From NCBI GenBank assembly GCA_021372945.1, contig JAJFTK010000139.1, forward strand, positions 53,970 through 117,969: 64,000 nucleotides of DNA. The letters run 5' to 3'. Shown in pieces: positions 1 through 9,047 of this stretch; within the stretch, counting starts at the first letter, position 1; the number at the start of each line of letters is the position of its first letter. The notes beneath the pieces are model-generated. The model saw only the letters and a program-made list of their open reading frames with translations, did no database searches and was not told the DNA's origin. Origin of the DNA: Planctomycetaceae bacterium. GTDB taxonomy: Bacteria; Planctomycetota; Phycisphaerae; Sedimentisphaerales; Anaerohalosphaeraceae. The position numbers and the translations under genes were made by a program.

Positions 1-1028
1 AGGCCGCCGGATTGAGCCTGCGTGCCGACGCGGATACGCCCGCGCTGGTAATTTCCGCGCTCGATCTTTTCGGCAATGCTGTGAGCTGCATTGACCAGCA
101 GGTTGAGCAGGACCCGATTCATTTCATCGATCGAACAGGTGATCTCGGGCAGGCTCGGGTCGAGCTGTGTTTCCACATCGCAAATGTACTTCAGTTCGTT
201 GTGCAGCAGCGTCAGCGCGCTGGTTACGGCGCGATTGATGTCGGCCGGCGCCTGCCGCCGGTCCTCCAGATGGGAAAAGTCACGCATGGCCCAGACCAGC
301 TTGGTAAGCCGTTCGATTCCCTCCAGGCTCTGACGAACGGCTTTTGGAAATTCATCTTCGAGAAAGCCCGACTTCAATTTCTCTCGAATTGCCGCCGCAT
401 CGTGCAGGAAGCTCTCAACCTGCGCCGGTCCGGGCTGGCGCTGCAATTGCTCGAGCCCTTCTGAAAATGCGTTCAATTGCTTGCTCAGGCTCTGCCAGGC
501 ATCCGAGAGGAACTGGAGGTTGTCGCCGATGAATTGCAGCGGCGTGTTGATCTCATGGGCGATGCCGGCCATCAAGCTGCCGAGATTTTGCAGCAGTTGG
601 GTCCGCTGCATCTCCTCGCGCGCGTTTTTGATGCTGCTGATATCCTGGGCACAGCCGCACACGCCGGTCGTTTCAAATCCGTGTGTATCCTGGACCGCGT
701 GAAGCGTATCGACTACGTAAACGATCTCTTTGGAAGGACAATAGAGGCGGTATTCCGCTTTTTCGGAGCAGCCGGTCAGAAGGACCTTGAGATAAAGCTG
801 CTGCATTCGGACGCGGTCCTCCGGATGAAAACAGGTTATCCAATGTTTCTGCTGCGCCTGCAGTTCCTGGATCGATGTCCCGCACCAGCGGCACCAGGCG
901 GCATTGGCGAACTCGCATGCGGGCTGCTCGCCGCGCAGCGATAAAATATATAATCCGATCTCGGCGTTCTGCGCCAATTGGTCGATGAGGCGCCAAGAGT
1001 CCTGCACAGGCATCGTTGTGACTGACAT
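1..1028 (-). CDS. PAS-domain sensor histidine kinase, partial (C-terminal end lies left of the window)
   Basis: Absent from the ORF track because no stop lies in the window. Hand translation of the minus strand from ATG 1028-1026 reads MSVTTMPVQDSWRLIDQL..., then H-box LGSLMAGIAHEINTPLQF and N-box EMNRVLLNLLVNAAHSI, open down to base 1. The + strand ORFs 12-464 and 477-944 are its antisense shadows. Confidence 0.8.
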   Translation of the reverse strand, partial: MSVTTMPVQDSWRLIDQLAQNAEIGLYILSLRGEQPACEFANAAWCRWCGTSIQELQAQQKHWITCFHPEDRVRMQQLYLKVLLTGCSEKAEYRLYCPSKEIVYVVDTLHAVQDTHGFETTGVCGCAQDISSIKNAREEMQRTQLLQNLGSLMAGIAHEINTPLQFIGDNLQFLSDAWQSLSKQLNAFSEGLEQLQRQPGPAQVESFLHDAAAIREKLKSGFLEDEFPKAVRQSLEGIERLTKLVWAMRDFSHLEDRRQAPADINRAVTSALTLLHNELKYICDVETQLDPSLPEITCSIDEMNRVLLNLLVNAAHSIAEKIERGNYQRGRIRVGTQAQSGG

Positions 1029-1262
1029 ATGGATTCCGTTTTGAGTATGAGTTTGTATTTAATATCGTCCGTAAAAATGGACAAAATCAGCACGTTTCGG
1101 CACTGAAATGGAATTGATCAAAAAGGCCGCCGTGCCCGCGCATGGTCCTGTAATCGCCCACAGGCCGGCTCGAAAAAGCTGCTTTCTTCCGGATTAGGTT
1201 TGTGTTTTGATCGCGCCCGGCGGAGCTGCGCTTTTAACGTCCGATAACTGCACTGAATAGCT

Positions 1263-1294
1263 AAAAAAAGAACCGCCTGATTGCGCGGCGGCTT
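1263..1294 (-). terminator. putative intrinsic terminator downstream of fliS copy 1
   Basis: Minus strand reads GCCGCC-gcgcaatca-GGCGG followed by TTCTTTTTTT, about 30 nt after the fliS stop. The stem is short (5-6 bp). Confidence 0.4.
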
Positions 1295-1324
1295 GGCTTT
1301 AACCGTCTGGAAGTTGGCTTGCGC

Positions 1325-1681
1325 TTATGCGATGGCCCGCCAGCTTTGGTGAAGTTCCTCCAGCAACGTAATGACATCACGAATCATTTGCGGGTCGCGC
1401 TTGGTGTTGGCTTCGGCCAAATGGTGCTGCATGAAATTGTACAAGGACCGCAGATTCTGGGCGATCTGGCCGCCATTTTCCATATCCAAGACTGTATTGA
1501 GTTCGATAATAATATCGAGTGCTTTGCGGATGTGAATGCCCTTGGCCGCGTAGTCCTTGCGCTGCAGTTCCTCCAAAGCCTGTTTGAGAAAGCGAATCGC
1601 ACCTTCGTAAAGCATGACGATCAAGCGACCGCGGTTCTGTGTCAATACGGCTGTTTCCTGGTAAGCGCCGAATCCGTTCAT
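1325..1681 (-). CDS. fliS: flagellar export chaperone FliS (copy 1)
   Basis: 118 aa. YQETAVLTQNRGRLIVMLYEGAIRFL and LRSLYNFMQHHL match the FliS four-helix chaperone family. Lies directly downstream of a flagellin gene. Confidence 0.93.
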   Translation of the reverse strand: MNGFGAYQETAVLTQNRGRLIVMLYEGAIRFLKQALEELQRKDYAAKGIHIRKALDIIIELNTVLDMENGGQIAQNLRSLYNFMQHHLAEANTKRDPQMIRDVITLLEELHQSWRAIA

Positions 1682-1800
1682 AAGCTGATTCCTGGGACTG
1701 AACGTCTGATGAACAAGGGTGATTTCAGAAAGGCAGTTGCGCCGCTAGAGAGGCGCAACTGCCGGAACTATCAGTTATTTCAAGAACAACACCGATCCGC

Positions 1801-2616
1801 TTACCGCAACAGGCTTAACGCCATTTGCGGCATCGTGTTGGCTTGCGCCAGCATGCTCACGCCGGCCTGTGCCAATACCTGGTTACGGGTCAGAGCGGCC
1901 ATTTCGGTCGCCACGTCAACGTCAGACACGCGGCTTTCGGACGCCATCATATTCTCCGACTGGATATTGAGCACTTGGTTGGTGCTCTCCAGGCGGTTCA
2001 TCATATAGCCAAGGCTTGCACGGGCACTGTCCTTGCGTTCAATGGCCGCCGAGATCAGGCCAAGAGCGGTCCGGGCACTGGCGGCCGTCGTGATCGAGGC
2101 CGTGCCGCTGTCCACGCCCAACGCCGCGGATCGGACATCGACCGAGTTAACGGCGATAGAGGAACCGACACCAAAGTGAATGGTGTTGGTGCCGGTGGCG
2201 CTGTTCAGCATGTTGATGCTGTTGAACGTCGTCGTGTCCGCGATACGATCGATTTCCGCGATCATCTGGGCGAACTCGTTATTCATGATATTGCGCTGCT
2301 GCTCAGAATAAGAATCGGTCGATGCCTGCTCGGCCAATTCCTTCATGCGAACCAGGGCCTCATCGATCGTGCCCATGGCACCTTCCATCGTCTGCAGCAT
2401 ACTGATCGCGTCCATGGCGTTGCGGGAGCCCTGTTTGAGCACCGCAATGTCGGCCCGCATCAACTCGCGAACCGCCAATCCTGCCGCATCATCCTTGGCA
2501 CTGTTGATGCGGAGACCGCTCGACAACCGTTCGATGGACTTGGCTAATGAATCATAGCTGTCCCCCAGGTGACGGGCGGCGTTCTCGGCCATAATGTTGT
2601 TCTTGATTACTAACAT
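1801..2616 (-). CDS. fliC: flagellin (copy 1), short form without a large variable domain
   Basis: 271 aa. N-terminal LSSGLRINSAKDDAAGLAVRE and C-terminal TRNQVLAQAGVSMLAQANTMPQMALSLLR are flagellin D0/D1 signatures. AAGGAG RBS upstream. Confidence 0.95.
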   Translation of the reverse strand: MLVIKNNIMAENAARHLGDSYDSLAKSIERLSSGLRINSAKDDAAGLAVRELMRADIAVLKQGSRNAMDAISMLQTMEGAMGTIDEALVRMKELAEQASTDSYSEQQRNIMNNEFAQMIAEIDRIADTTTFNSINMLNSATGTNTIHFGVGSSIAVNSVDVRSAALGVDSGTASITTAASARTALGLISAAIERKDSARASLGYMMNRLESTNQVLNIQSENMMASESRVSDVDVATEMAALTRNQVLAQAGVSMLAQANTMPQMALSLLR

Positions 2617-2721
2617 GTTCGTGACTCCTTAAAAAAGTTTTGGATGTTCCTATCAGGTTTTCTTAGGTTCCAGTCCGTTCCATACGCACTCACCCGATCC
2701 GGCAGGTGATGACAATCTCCA

Positions 2722-2748
2722 TTATCGATGGCTCGACAGAGGTCTTAA
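2722..2748 (-). promoter_or_regulatory. sigma-28 (FliA)-type promoter for flagellin copy 1
   Basis: Minus strand reads TTAA-N15-ATCGATAA (consensus TAAA-N15-GCCGATAA), about 105 nt upstream of the ATG. Same spacing as the site upstream of flagellin copy 2. Confidence 0.55.
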
Positions 2749-2985
2749 GGCTGTTTTTAGACGCAAAATGCGGTTTTGAGATAAGGACCGATAGTCCTTT
2801 ATTGGATGTTAGTGAAAGAGCTCAACAACGCGGAAAAAAAATTTCGACTTTTTACAAGAAGGTGAACCATGCAAAAGTCGGAGCAATTTGGACTGGCGAA
2901 GGGCCTGCGATGGATCATAGAACGTGACGTTTTGCCGCCTGTGCGATTGTCACTGCAAACGGTTCTTTTTTTATCGGGCAATACC

Positions 2986-3007
2986 AAAATACCGCCTGCA
3001 CCAGGCG
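2986..3007 (-). terminator. weak putative terminator after fliS copy 2
   Basis: Minus strand reads CGCCTG-gtg-CAGGCG followed by GTATTTTGGTATT. The 3-nt loop and interrupted U-tract make it weak. Confidence 0.3.
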
Positions 3008-3093
3008 CGGATGCACGGGTCCAGAGCGGTTTCAGGCCGATTGCCAGAATAAGCATTGCGGAAAAAACAGAAGCATGAAGAAATGAAGAAACG

Positions 3094-3453
3094 CTAAGAG
3101 GCGATCTTTCGCCAGGCCTGGCCCAACTCGGAAAGCATATTGATGACTTTTTGAAGGATCTGCGGATCGTTTTTGATGTTGGCGTCCGCCAGGTATCGCC
3201 AGATAAAATTGTAGAGGGTGCGCAGGTTGTTGGCCACGGGCCCTCCCTCGTCCATGTTCAGGGACATATTCAATTCATGAATAATGTCCCTGCTTTTTGA
3301 GATGGCCTGGTTCTTTCCGGCCAGATCGGCCTGCCGGATGCACTGCTGCGCTTTGTGCAAATACGAGATTGCCCCATCGTATAACATCACGACAAGGCGT
3401 CCTTTGGTTTGGGTCGTGACGCTGGTTTCCTGGTACACTTCGGCAGCGTTCAT
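3094..3453 (-). CDS. fliS: flagellar export chaperone FliS (copy 2, diverged paralog)
   Basis: 119 aa. YQETSVTTQTKGRLVVMLYDGAISYL and LRTLYNFIWRYL. By-eye alignment to copy 1 gives about 62 identical of 118 positions. Confidence 0.93.
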   Translation of the reverse strand: MNAAEVYQETSVTTQTKGRLVVMLYDGAISYLHKAQQCIRQADLAGKNQAISKSRDIIHELNMSLNMDEGGPVANNLRTLYNFIWRYLADANIKNDPQILQKVINMLSELGQAWRKIAS

Positions 3454-3582
3454 GTAAAACTCTCCCTTGAGTTGTTCGATACCACGGGATAAAAAGAGCC
3501 CCTTTTACAACCAGCCAAAATGCAGGGGTGCCCGGCGAACATAGTGCCGGGCCCCTGTATTATGGTAAGAAGACTCTTTAGA

Positions 3583-4401
3583 TTATCCGCGAAGCAGAGT
3601 CAATGCCATTTGCGGCATGGTGTTGGCCTGGGCCAGCATCGCGATGCCCGCCTGAGCCAGCACCTGGTTGCGGGTCAGCGCCGCCATCTCGGTGGCGACG
3701 TCCACGTCCGAGATGCGCGATTCCGACGCCATCAGGTTTTCGGCCTGGATATTCAGCACTTCATTGGTGCTTTCCAGCCGGTTCATCATGTAGCCGAAGC
3801 TGGCTCGAGCACTGTCCTTGAGGTTAATGGCCCGGTCCAGCAGCCCCAGCGCGCTGCGGGCGGCGGTGGCGGTGGCAATCGACGCCATACCGCTGCTAAT
3901 GCCCAATGCCGCCGTGCCCACGTCCACGGAATGCACCTGGATGAGCGAATCCGTGCCGAAGTGGATCGTATTGGTGCCGGTGGCGCTGTCGAGCATGCTG
4001 ATGCTGTTAAAGGTCGTGGTTGACGCGATTCGGTCGATCTCCGCGATCATCTGCGTGAATTCGTTGTTCATGATATTGCGCTGCTGCTCGGAATAAGAGT
4101 CCGTCGCCGCCTGCTCGGCCAGTTCTTTCATGCGGACCAGCAGGGAGTCGATCGATCCCAGTGCCCCTTCCATCGTCTGCAGCATACTGATCGCGTCCTG
4201 TGCGTTTCGCGAACCCTGTTTGATGACCGCAACGTCGGCACGCATCAGTTCGCGAACCGCAAGGCCGGCCGCGTCGTCCTTGGCGCTATTGATTCGCAGG
4301 CCCGAGGATAACCGTTCCACCGATCGGGCCAGCGCATCGTAACTTCTTCCCAGGTGGCGGGCAGCGCTTTCGGCCATGATGTTGTTCTTGATTGCTAACA
4401 T
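3583..4401 (-). CDS. fliC: flagellin (copy 2)
   Basis: 272 aa. Same N- and C-terminal flagellin signatures as copy 1, roughly 80-85 percent identical to it by eye. AAGGAG RBS. Confidence 0.95.
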   Translation of the reverse strand: MLAIKNNIMAESAARHLGRSYDALARSVERLSSGLRINSAKDDAAGLAVRELMRADVAVIKQGSRNAQDAISMLQTMEGALGSIDSLLVRMKELAEQAATDSYSEQQRNIMNNEFTQMIAEIDRIASTTTFNSISMLDSATGTNTIHFGTDSLIQVHSVDVGTAALGISSGMASIATATAARSALGLLDRAINLKDSARASFGYMMNRLESTNEVLNIQAENLMASESRISDVDVATEMAALTRNQVLAQAGIAMLAQANTMPQMALTLLRG

Positions 4402-4498
4402 GACTGTATTCTCCTTACCAAGGCTTACTTTAAACCACCGAATGCTTTACTTTTTTGAATCCGATAAAAACGCATCCACTCGCGTAATACAAAATTCA

Positions 4499-4525
4499 TT
4501 ATCGGATGAGTTGAACGTTTCTTTA
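4499..4525 (-). promoter_or_regulatory. sigma-28 (FliA)-type promoter for flagellin copy 2
   Basis: Minus strand reads TAAA-gaaacgttcaactca-TCCGATAA, which is TAAA-N15 plus 7 of 8 matches to GCCGATAA. About 98 nt upstream of the ATG. Confidence 0.7.
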
Positions 4526-4846
4526 GGCGTTTATTCGGACTTTTTAAAAAAACCTATAAAAAGGGCTTGCCTGCCGCACCGCACCGGGTTTTTATCGGAA
4601 CGTCCCAGAATCAACGAGGATAACGCTCTATGAAAACATGGGGATAAGAGGATCCTGCGGCAATGCCGTCGCTGGCCTTTTTATCAGACACACCGGCCAC
4701 CCGAATAAAAAAATCTCAACCAGCGGGTTTATCGCGGAACGGTCTCTAATGGATGCGTGGCGCCAGGGCCCAGGGCAATTCGCCACTGCGTTCCGCAGGA
4801 CATTTTGTGACCTGGGCCGAGGAATCGACGGCAGCGATATCGAGAT

Positions 4847-5530
4847 TTAGCCGTTTTCTTTGATCCGTTTCAGATGCGAGCAGATGACGGTGGCCAGTTC
4901 GGGCTTGACGGTCGCGATCTCGGCCAGCAGTTTGCCGGCGCTGCGGTCGCTCATGTAGTAGAGGATCTTGACACTGTCCTGAAGCTGATTGGAGGCGGCC
5001 ATCGTGACCATGATGCGGCCGGCCTGCGTCACTTCCATCTTTTCATAGGTGCTCGCCAGGCGCTGAAAATTGCTCCTTTCCAAAGCATCGATCTCCAGCA
5101 CGCTCTGGCGGAGCGCCTTTTCCTGTTCCTGGACCTGTGACAGCGTTAGATTGAGTTTTTCGCGCAAGCCGCTTAACTGTTCAATATCCTGCTGCAGGGC
5201 CTGGCGCGCCATTTCGATACGGCCCGATTCGGCCTGGAGCTGCTTGTCACGGTCATGATATTCGAGCAGCTTCTGACGAATGTCATGGATCAGATTCTGA
5301 AGCTGACGCTCCGACATGCCGAATTCTTCGCTGTCGGGGGATTGGCCAAAAGGCATCGATTCAATCGCGCCGCTTGCGGCAGCCAGAGCAGCCTTTTCCG
5401 CTTGCGCGGCCTGCGCCTGCCTGGCGAATGCCTGTGCCTTTTTTTGTTTCATGTACCAGTTGCCCGCAAAAGCGCCCGCAAAGCTGCTGATACCGGCGGC
5501 GATCAGCAAGAGGATTTGAATCTTTTTCAT
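4847..5530 (-). CDS. MotE/YlxF-like flagellar protein (signal-anchor, coiled coil, MgtE_N-like C-terminus)
   Basis: 227 aa. N-terminal hydrophobic segment, long Q/E/L-rich coiled coil, then C-terminal AGRIMVTMAASNQLQDSVKILYYMSDRSAGKLLAEI resembling the MgtE N-terminal-like domain. Occupies the post-fliJ position held by ylxF in Bacillus-type operons. Confidence 0.6.
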   Translation of the reverse strand: MKKIQILLLIAAGISSFAGAFAGNWYMKQKKAQAFARQAQAAQAEKAALAAASGAIESMPFGQSPDSEEFGMSERQLQNLIHDIRQKLLEYHDRDKQLQAESGRIEMARQALQQDIEQLSGLREKLNLTLSQVQEQEKALRQSVLEIDALERSNFQRLASTYEKMEVTQAGRIMVTMAASNQLQDSVKILYYMSDRSAGKLLAEIATVKPELATVICSHLKRIKENG

Positions 5531-5578
5531 TGGTAACTCCTTGGACGCGATCAGTCTTCAGATCGATCGCCATTTTTA

Positions 5579-6031
5579 TCATATTTCGGCCGCCATTCGG
5601 CGAGCCGCCGCAAGACAACTGTTTTCGTCCGATTGGTTTTGCTCCAGGCGATTGAGCTGCCGGCCATAGACTTCCCATGCCCGCTGCCGCAGACGTTCGA
5701 GCCCTTTGCGAAACTTCCGCAGAACCAGGAGCTGCTGCATTTTCTTCTGGCGCTGCTGCTCGGCCTGCTCAAGCTGCTGCGCCAGCTTCGTGATCTGGTC
5801 ATCCTTGACGTGGACATACAGCATAAACTGGGGCTGCCTTCCCATCCGCTCATTCTTCTCTAGAGCCGCAAGCTCATCGAGCAGGTTCCGCAGCAGGATC
5901 TTCTCCATCAGCATTCGGCTGCGCAGGGACGCGCATTGTTCGGTGAGCGTCATCAGCTCAGAGCGCATCGCGTTTTCCTGCTTTCCTTTCACATCCAGCA
6001 GACGCTGCAGCGGCCAGATAAATTTCTTCAC
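5579..6031 (-). CDS. fliJ: flagellar export protein FliJ
   Basis: 150 aa all-helical protein starting MKKFIWPLQRLLDVKGKQEN, with C-terminal KFRKGLERLRQRAWEVY. Lies immediately after fliI. Confidence 0.85.
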   Translation of the reverse strand: MKKFIWPLQRLLDVKGKQENAMRSELMTLTEQCASLRSRMLMEKILLRNLLDELAALEKNERMGRQPQFMLYVHVKDDQITKLAQQLEQAEQQRQKKMQQLLVLRKFRKGLERLRQRAWEVYGRQLNRLEQNQSDENSCLAAARRMAAEI

Positions 6032-6055
6032 GTTCTTACTCGGCGAAAATAGTGT

Positions 6056-7459
6056 TTAAGCTTTTGAAAGAGCCTTCTGTGCCGGGGCCGCCGCGCCAGG
6101 CGGCTGGGTTCCCAGCAATTGTTCCCATGACTGCGCGATCGCCGCAAGCTGGCTGACCGTCTGATCGAAGGAACTCTTTTGCCGAACGGGCTGTATGAGA
6201 AACCGCCGAACCTGCTCGATCAGCGCGATCGAGCCATCGATCCGCTTGTTGCTGCCGGGAGCAAAGGCCCCGATATTGATCAGGTCCTCCGCATCCGTAT
6301 AGGTGGCATACAGCTCGCGCAGGACCTGGGCGGCCTTTCGGTGAACCGGCGTGCTGACGCGCGTCATCAGCCTGCTGACGCTCTGGAGGATATCGACGGC
6401 CGGGTAATGGCCGCGGTCGGCGAGCCTGCGGCTCAGGACGATGTGGCCGTCGAGCAGCGAACGGGCGCTGTCGGCGACCGGATCGTTCATGTCATCGCCT
6501 TCGGCCAGCACGGTCAGGATCCCCGTAATGCTTCCTTTGGCGGCGCAGCCGAGCCGCTCAACCAATTTGGGCAGCATGGCGAAGACGCTGGGGCAATACC
6601 CTTTGGTCGCGGGCGGCTCGCCGGCGGCAAGGCCGACTTCACGCTGGGCCTGGGCAAAGCGCGTGAGCGAATCCATCATAAACAGCACGTCACGCCCCTG
6701 GTCCCTGAAATACTCGGCAATCGTGGCGGCGACAAAACCCGCCTTGACGCGCTGGATGGGCGCACTGTCCGAGGTGGCCACGACGATCACGCTGCGGGCC
6801 AGCCCCTCGGGGCCGAGGTCCTTTTCGAGGAACTCACGGACCTCGCGGCCGCGTTCGCCGACCAGCGCCACCACATTGACCTGGGCGTCGCTGCCGTTGG
6901 CAATGTCGCCCAGCAGGACGCTTTTGCCTACGCCGCTGCCCGAAAAGACGCCGATACGCTGCCCTTTGCCGCAGGTGAGGATGCCGTCGATCGAGCGAAT
7001 GCCCAAAGGCAGCGGCTGATGAATCATTTCGCGGCTCAGCGGAGCCGGGCTAACGTTATCGATGGGCCTGTACTCCGCCGCCTGAAGCGGGCCCTTGTCA
7101 TCCACGGGCCGGCCCAGTCCGTCAATGACCCGACCGACAATGCTGGGATGAACGGGGATCAAGCGCGGCTTGTCCAACGGGCTGACCGTATCGCCCGGGC
7201 GAATCCCCTCGATCGAATCCAGCGGAAGCAGGATCAGGCCGTTTTTGCGAAAGCCGATGACTTCGGCCTCGACGAACCGCTGGTCCTGCAGACGGATCCG
7301 GCAAAGCTGATGCAGGCCGATCTTAAGGCCGGTGCTTTCAACCGTCAACCCGGATACGTGCGTAATAATGCCCTTGACCGCGGCCAAAGATACTTGGCGC
7401 AGCGCCGTATGAAACGGTTCGAAATCGACTCTTAACGAATTGTCTTGCGCGGTCGTCAT
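6056..7459 (-). CDS. fliI: flagellum-specific ATPase FliI
   Basis: Walker A GVFSGSGVGKSVLL, Walker B VLFMMDSLTRFAQAQRE. Start moved to MTTAQDN at 7459, which forms an ATGA overlap with the fliH stop. The ORF-track start at 7651 adds an R-rich extension inside fliH. Confidence 0.93.
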   Translation of the reverse strand: MTTAQDNSLRVDFEPFHTALRQVSLAAVKGIITHVSGLTVESTGLKIGLHQLCRIRLQDQRFVEAEVIGFRKNGLILLPLDSIEGIRPGDTVSPLDKPRLIPVHPSIVGRVIDGLGRPVDDKGPLQAAEYRPIDNVSPAPLSREMIHQPLPLGIRSIDGILTCGKGQRIGVFSGSGVGKSVLLGDIANGSDAQVNVVALVGERGREVREFLEKDLGPEGLARSVIVVATSDSAPIQRVKAGFVAATIAEYFRDQGRDVLFMMDSLTRFAQAQREVGLAAGEPPATKGYCPSVFAMLPKLVERLGCAAKGSITGILTVLAEGDDMNDPVADSARSLLDGHIVLSRRLADRGHYPAVDILQSVSRLMTRVSTPVHRKAAQVLRELYATYTDAEDLINIGAFAPGSNKRIDGSIALIEQVRRFLIQPVRQKSSFDQTVSQLAAIAQSWEQLLGTQPPGAAAPAQKALSKA

Positions 7460-8022
7460 CGTGCGGATTCCACGGGCGTCTCGGCGGCCGCGAGCGCCGC
7501 CGCAACGAGTTTGAGCTGTTCCTGAATGAGGTATTCGACGACGCCCTGATCCGTCTCGATAATGCACTCGGCACTGCCGACGGACCAATCGCCGATACAC
7601 AGGATATTTTCCGGTTCGCCCAGACCTTCGTGCGAGGCGGCCTGCTGCCACGCCGTCAAGTCATCGGGATTAAGGCGGATCGTGATCTTCTGCGCAGTTG
7701 GCGCCCCCTGAAGCGCCTGCAGAATAATGGCTTCGATATCATAACTTCGCTGCTGGACGTCTTTGGCCAGGATCCGGGCGGCGATCTCGACGCTCAGGCG
7801 AACGATCTGCTCGCGATGCGATACAAAAATATCGCGCCCCATCTGCTCGAGCTGCCTGGCGGCTTGCTGCAGGGCCGCAACGAGGGAACTTATTTTTTCG
7901 GTCTGCTGTTTTAGAGCCTTGGCCCGCTCGGCAGCCTGAGCGGATCGGTCCAGTTCCTTGCGATCCAAAAGCTTGACCGAACCAATCGGAGAACCCAATT
8001 GCAGTCTGAGGGGCTGAGCCAT
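7456..8022 (-). CDS. fliH: flagellar assembly protein FliH
   Basis: 188 aa between fliG and fliI. Central helical region and C-terminal ECIIETDQGVVEYLIQEQL, typical of FliH/YscL. TAATG overlap with the fliG stop. Confidence 0.8.
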   Translation of the reverse strand: MAQPLRLQLGSPIGSVKLLDRKELDRSAQAAERAKALKQQTEKISSLVAALQQAARQLEQMGRDIFVSHREQIVRLSVEIAARILAKDVQQRSYDIEAIILQALQGAPTAQKITIRLNPDDLTAWQQAASHEGLGEPENILCIGDWSVGSAECIIETDQGVVEYLIQEQLKLVAAALAAAETPVESAR

Positions 8023-9044
8023 TAGCTGAAGACCTCTGATTCCTCTTCAATGAAGGCCAGGCTGGCCGATTCGTTCGCCTCGCGCAGAGGCTTGACCACA
8101 TCCTCCCGCGCGGCAAGGATTTCTTTACGGCGCGGTTCGCCCATGAGCTGGGCCTCTTCCTGCACCATCTGGGACATGCGTTCCGAGATGTTAGAGCGAA
8201 TTTTTTCGTTGATCGTCGGGTCGGCTCCGTGCAGCGCCTTGGCCAGGATCGAGGCATCGACATTGCGCAGCACCTGCTGAAGCGACTTGTTCTCGATCTT
8301 GGTGATATCTTCCCAGGTCACCATCAGCGCCCGAACGGTCGCGGCTGTGGAATCGTCGCGCTTTTTGATCGTCTCCAGGTAGCTGTCGCGTTTATCTTTG
8401 TCCAGCCCGCTGAGGACCTGCGCAACCTTGCGGAGGGTCTCCTTGGGGGCCGCCGTTGAGACGGTGATCCCTTCGTCGGAGGACATTTCCATCAGACGTT
8501 TGCAGACCATTTCGCCGATGCGGCGAACGGTCTTGCCGGACAGTTCCTTGCCTTGCGTCATACGCCAGACCGTCAACTGGGCCTTTTCCTCGCTGAGGCG
8601 GGCCAGCACCTCCGTACCGAGCTTGGGCGAAACGGCCGAAAGCACAACCCCGATGGCCTGCGGGGGTTCGTTTTCAAGAACCGCGGCCAACTGCTGCGGC
8701 GAGGCCTCCGAGATCATGATGAACGGGTCCCGTTCGAGCATGGTCTGTTTCATTTTGAATTGCAGTTCAGCGGCCTTTTCCTTGCCGGCCGAGCCCTGAA
8801 GAAGCGTTCCTACAAAGCTGCGGACGTGCATGCCGCCGCGGGCCTTGAGCAGGTCGGTGGCGAATTCACGCGTGATCTGCGCGACCTGGTCGAGGTTCTT
8901 GTCCTTGCGGGCATCCCACTGCGACAGGGCCAGCGCGATCTGGTGTATGATTTCCTGGGGCTGCCCTTTGAGCAGTTCCATCGCCGTGGACGAATCCAGT
9001 GTGGTCAGCAGCAAAGCGGCTTTTTGAACACCAGACATCGCCAT
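8022..9044 (-). CDS. fliG: flagellar motor switch protein FliG
   Basis: 340 aa starting SGVQKAALLLTTLDSSTAMELL, with a C-terminal LRNVDASILAKALHGADPTINEKIRSNISERM torque-helix region. Confidence 0.93.
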   Translation of the reverse strand: MAMSGVQKAALLLTTLDSSTAMELLKGQPQEIIHQIALALSQWDARKDKNLDQVAQITREFATDLLKARGGMHVRSFVGTLLQGSAGKEKAAELQFKMKQTMLERDPFIMISEASPQQLAAVLENEPPQAIGVVLSAVSPKLGTEVLARLSEEKAQLTVWRMTQGKELSGKTVRRIGEMVCKRLMEMSSDEGITVSTAAPKETLRKVAQVLSGLDKDKRDSYLETIKKRDDSTAATVRALMVTWEDITKIENKSLQQVLRNVDASILAKALHGADPTINEKIRSNISERMSQMVQEEAQLMGEPRRKEILAAREDVVKPLREANESASLAFIEEESEVFS

Positions 9045-9047
9045 GGA

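Noticed and set aside
12-944. Plus-strand ORFs 12-464, 91-333 and 477-944 at the left edge
   Set aside because: They have no recognisable motifs. The opposite strand translates without stops into a PAS histidine kinase with clear H- and N-boxes, so these are antisense shadows.
2706-3078. Small ORFs 2706-2927 (+), 2799-3056 (-) and 2869-3078 (+) between the two flagellin modules
   Set aside because: They overlap the sigma-28 promoter/leader of flagellin copy 1 and the putative fliS terminator. They have no RBS or family resemblance.
6179-7435. 418-aa plus-strand ORF
   Set aside because: It lies entirely antisense to fliI. It has an R/A/G/D-rich composition typical of GC-rich shadow frames and no family motifs.
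7460-7651. Long N-terminal extensions in ORF-track calls: fliI to 7651, flgB to 11846, hypB to 36286, hypC to 38913, GH127 to 58023, the LamG genes to 60161 and 62341, the peptidase to 47717, miaB from 48661, the beta-propeller gene to 30589, GmrSD to 33461
   Set aside because: The internal starts have Shine-Dalgarno sequences at proper spacing. They also give canonical N-termini or signal peptides, and several create ATGA-type coupling with the upstream gene. The extensions overlap neighbouring genes or promoters.
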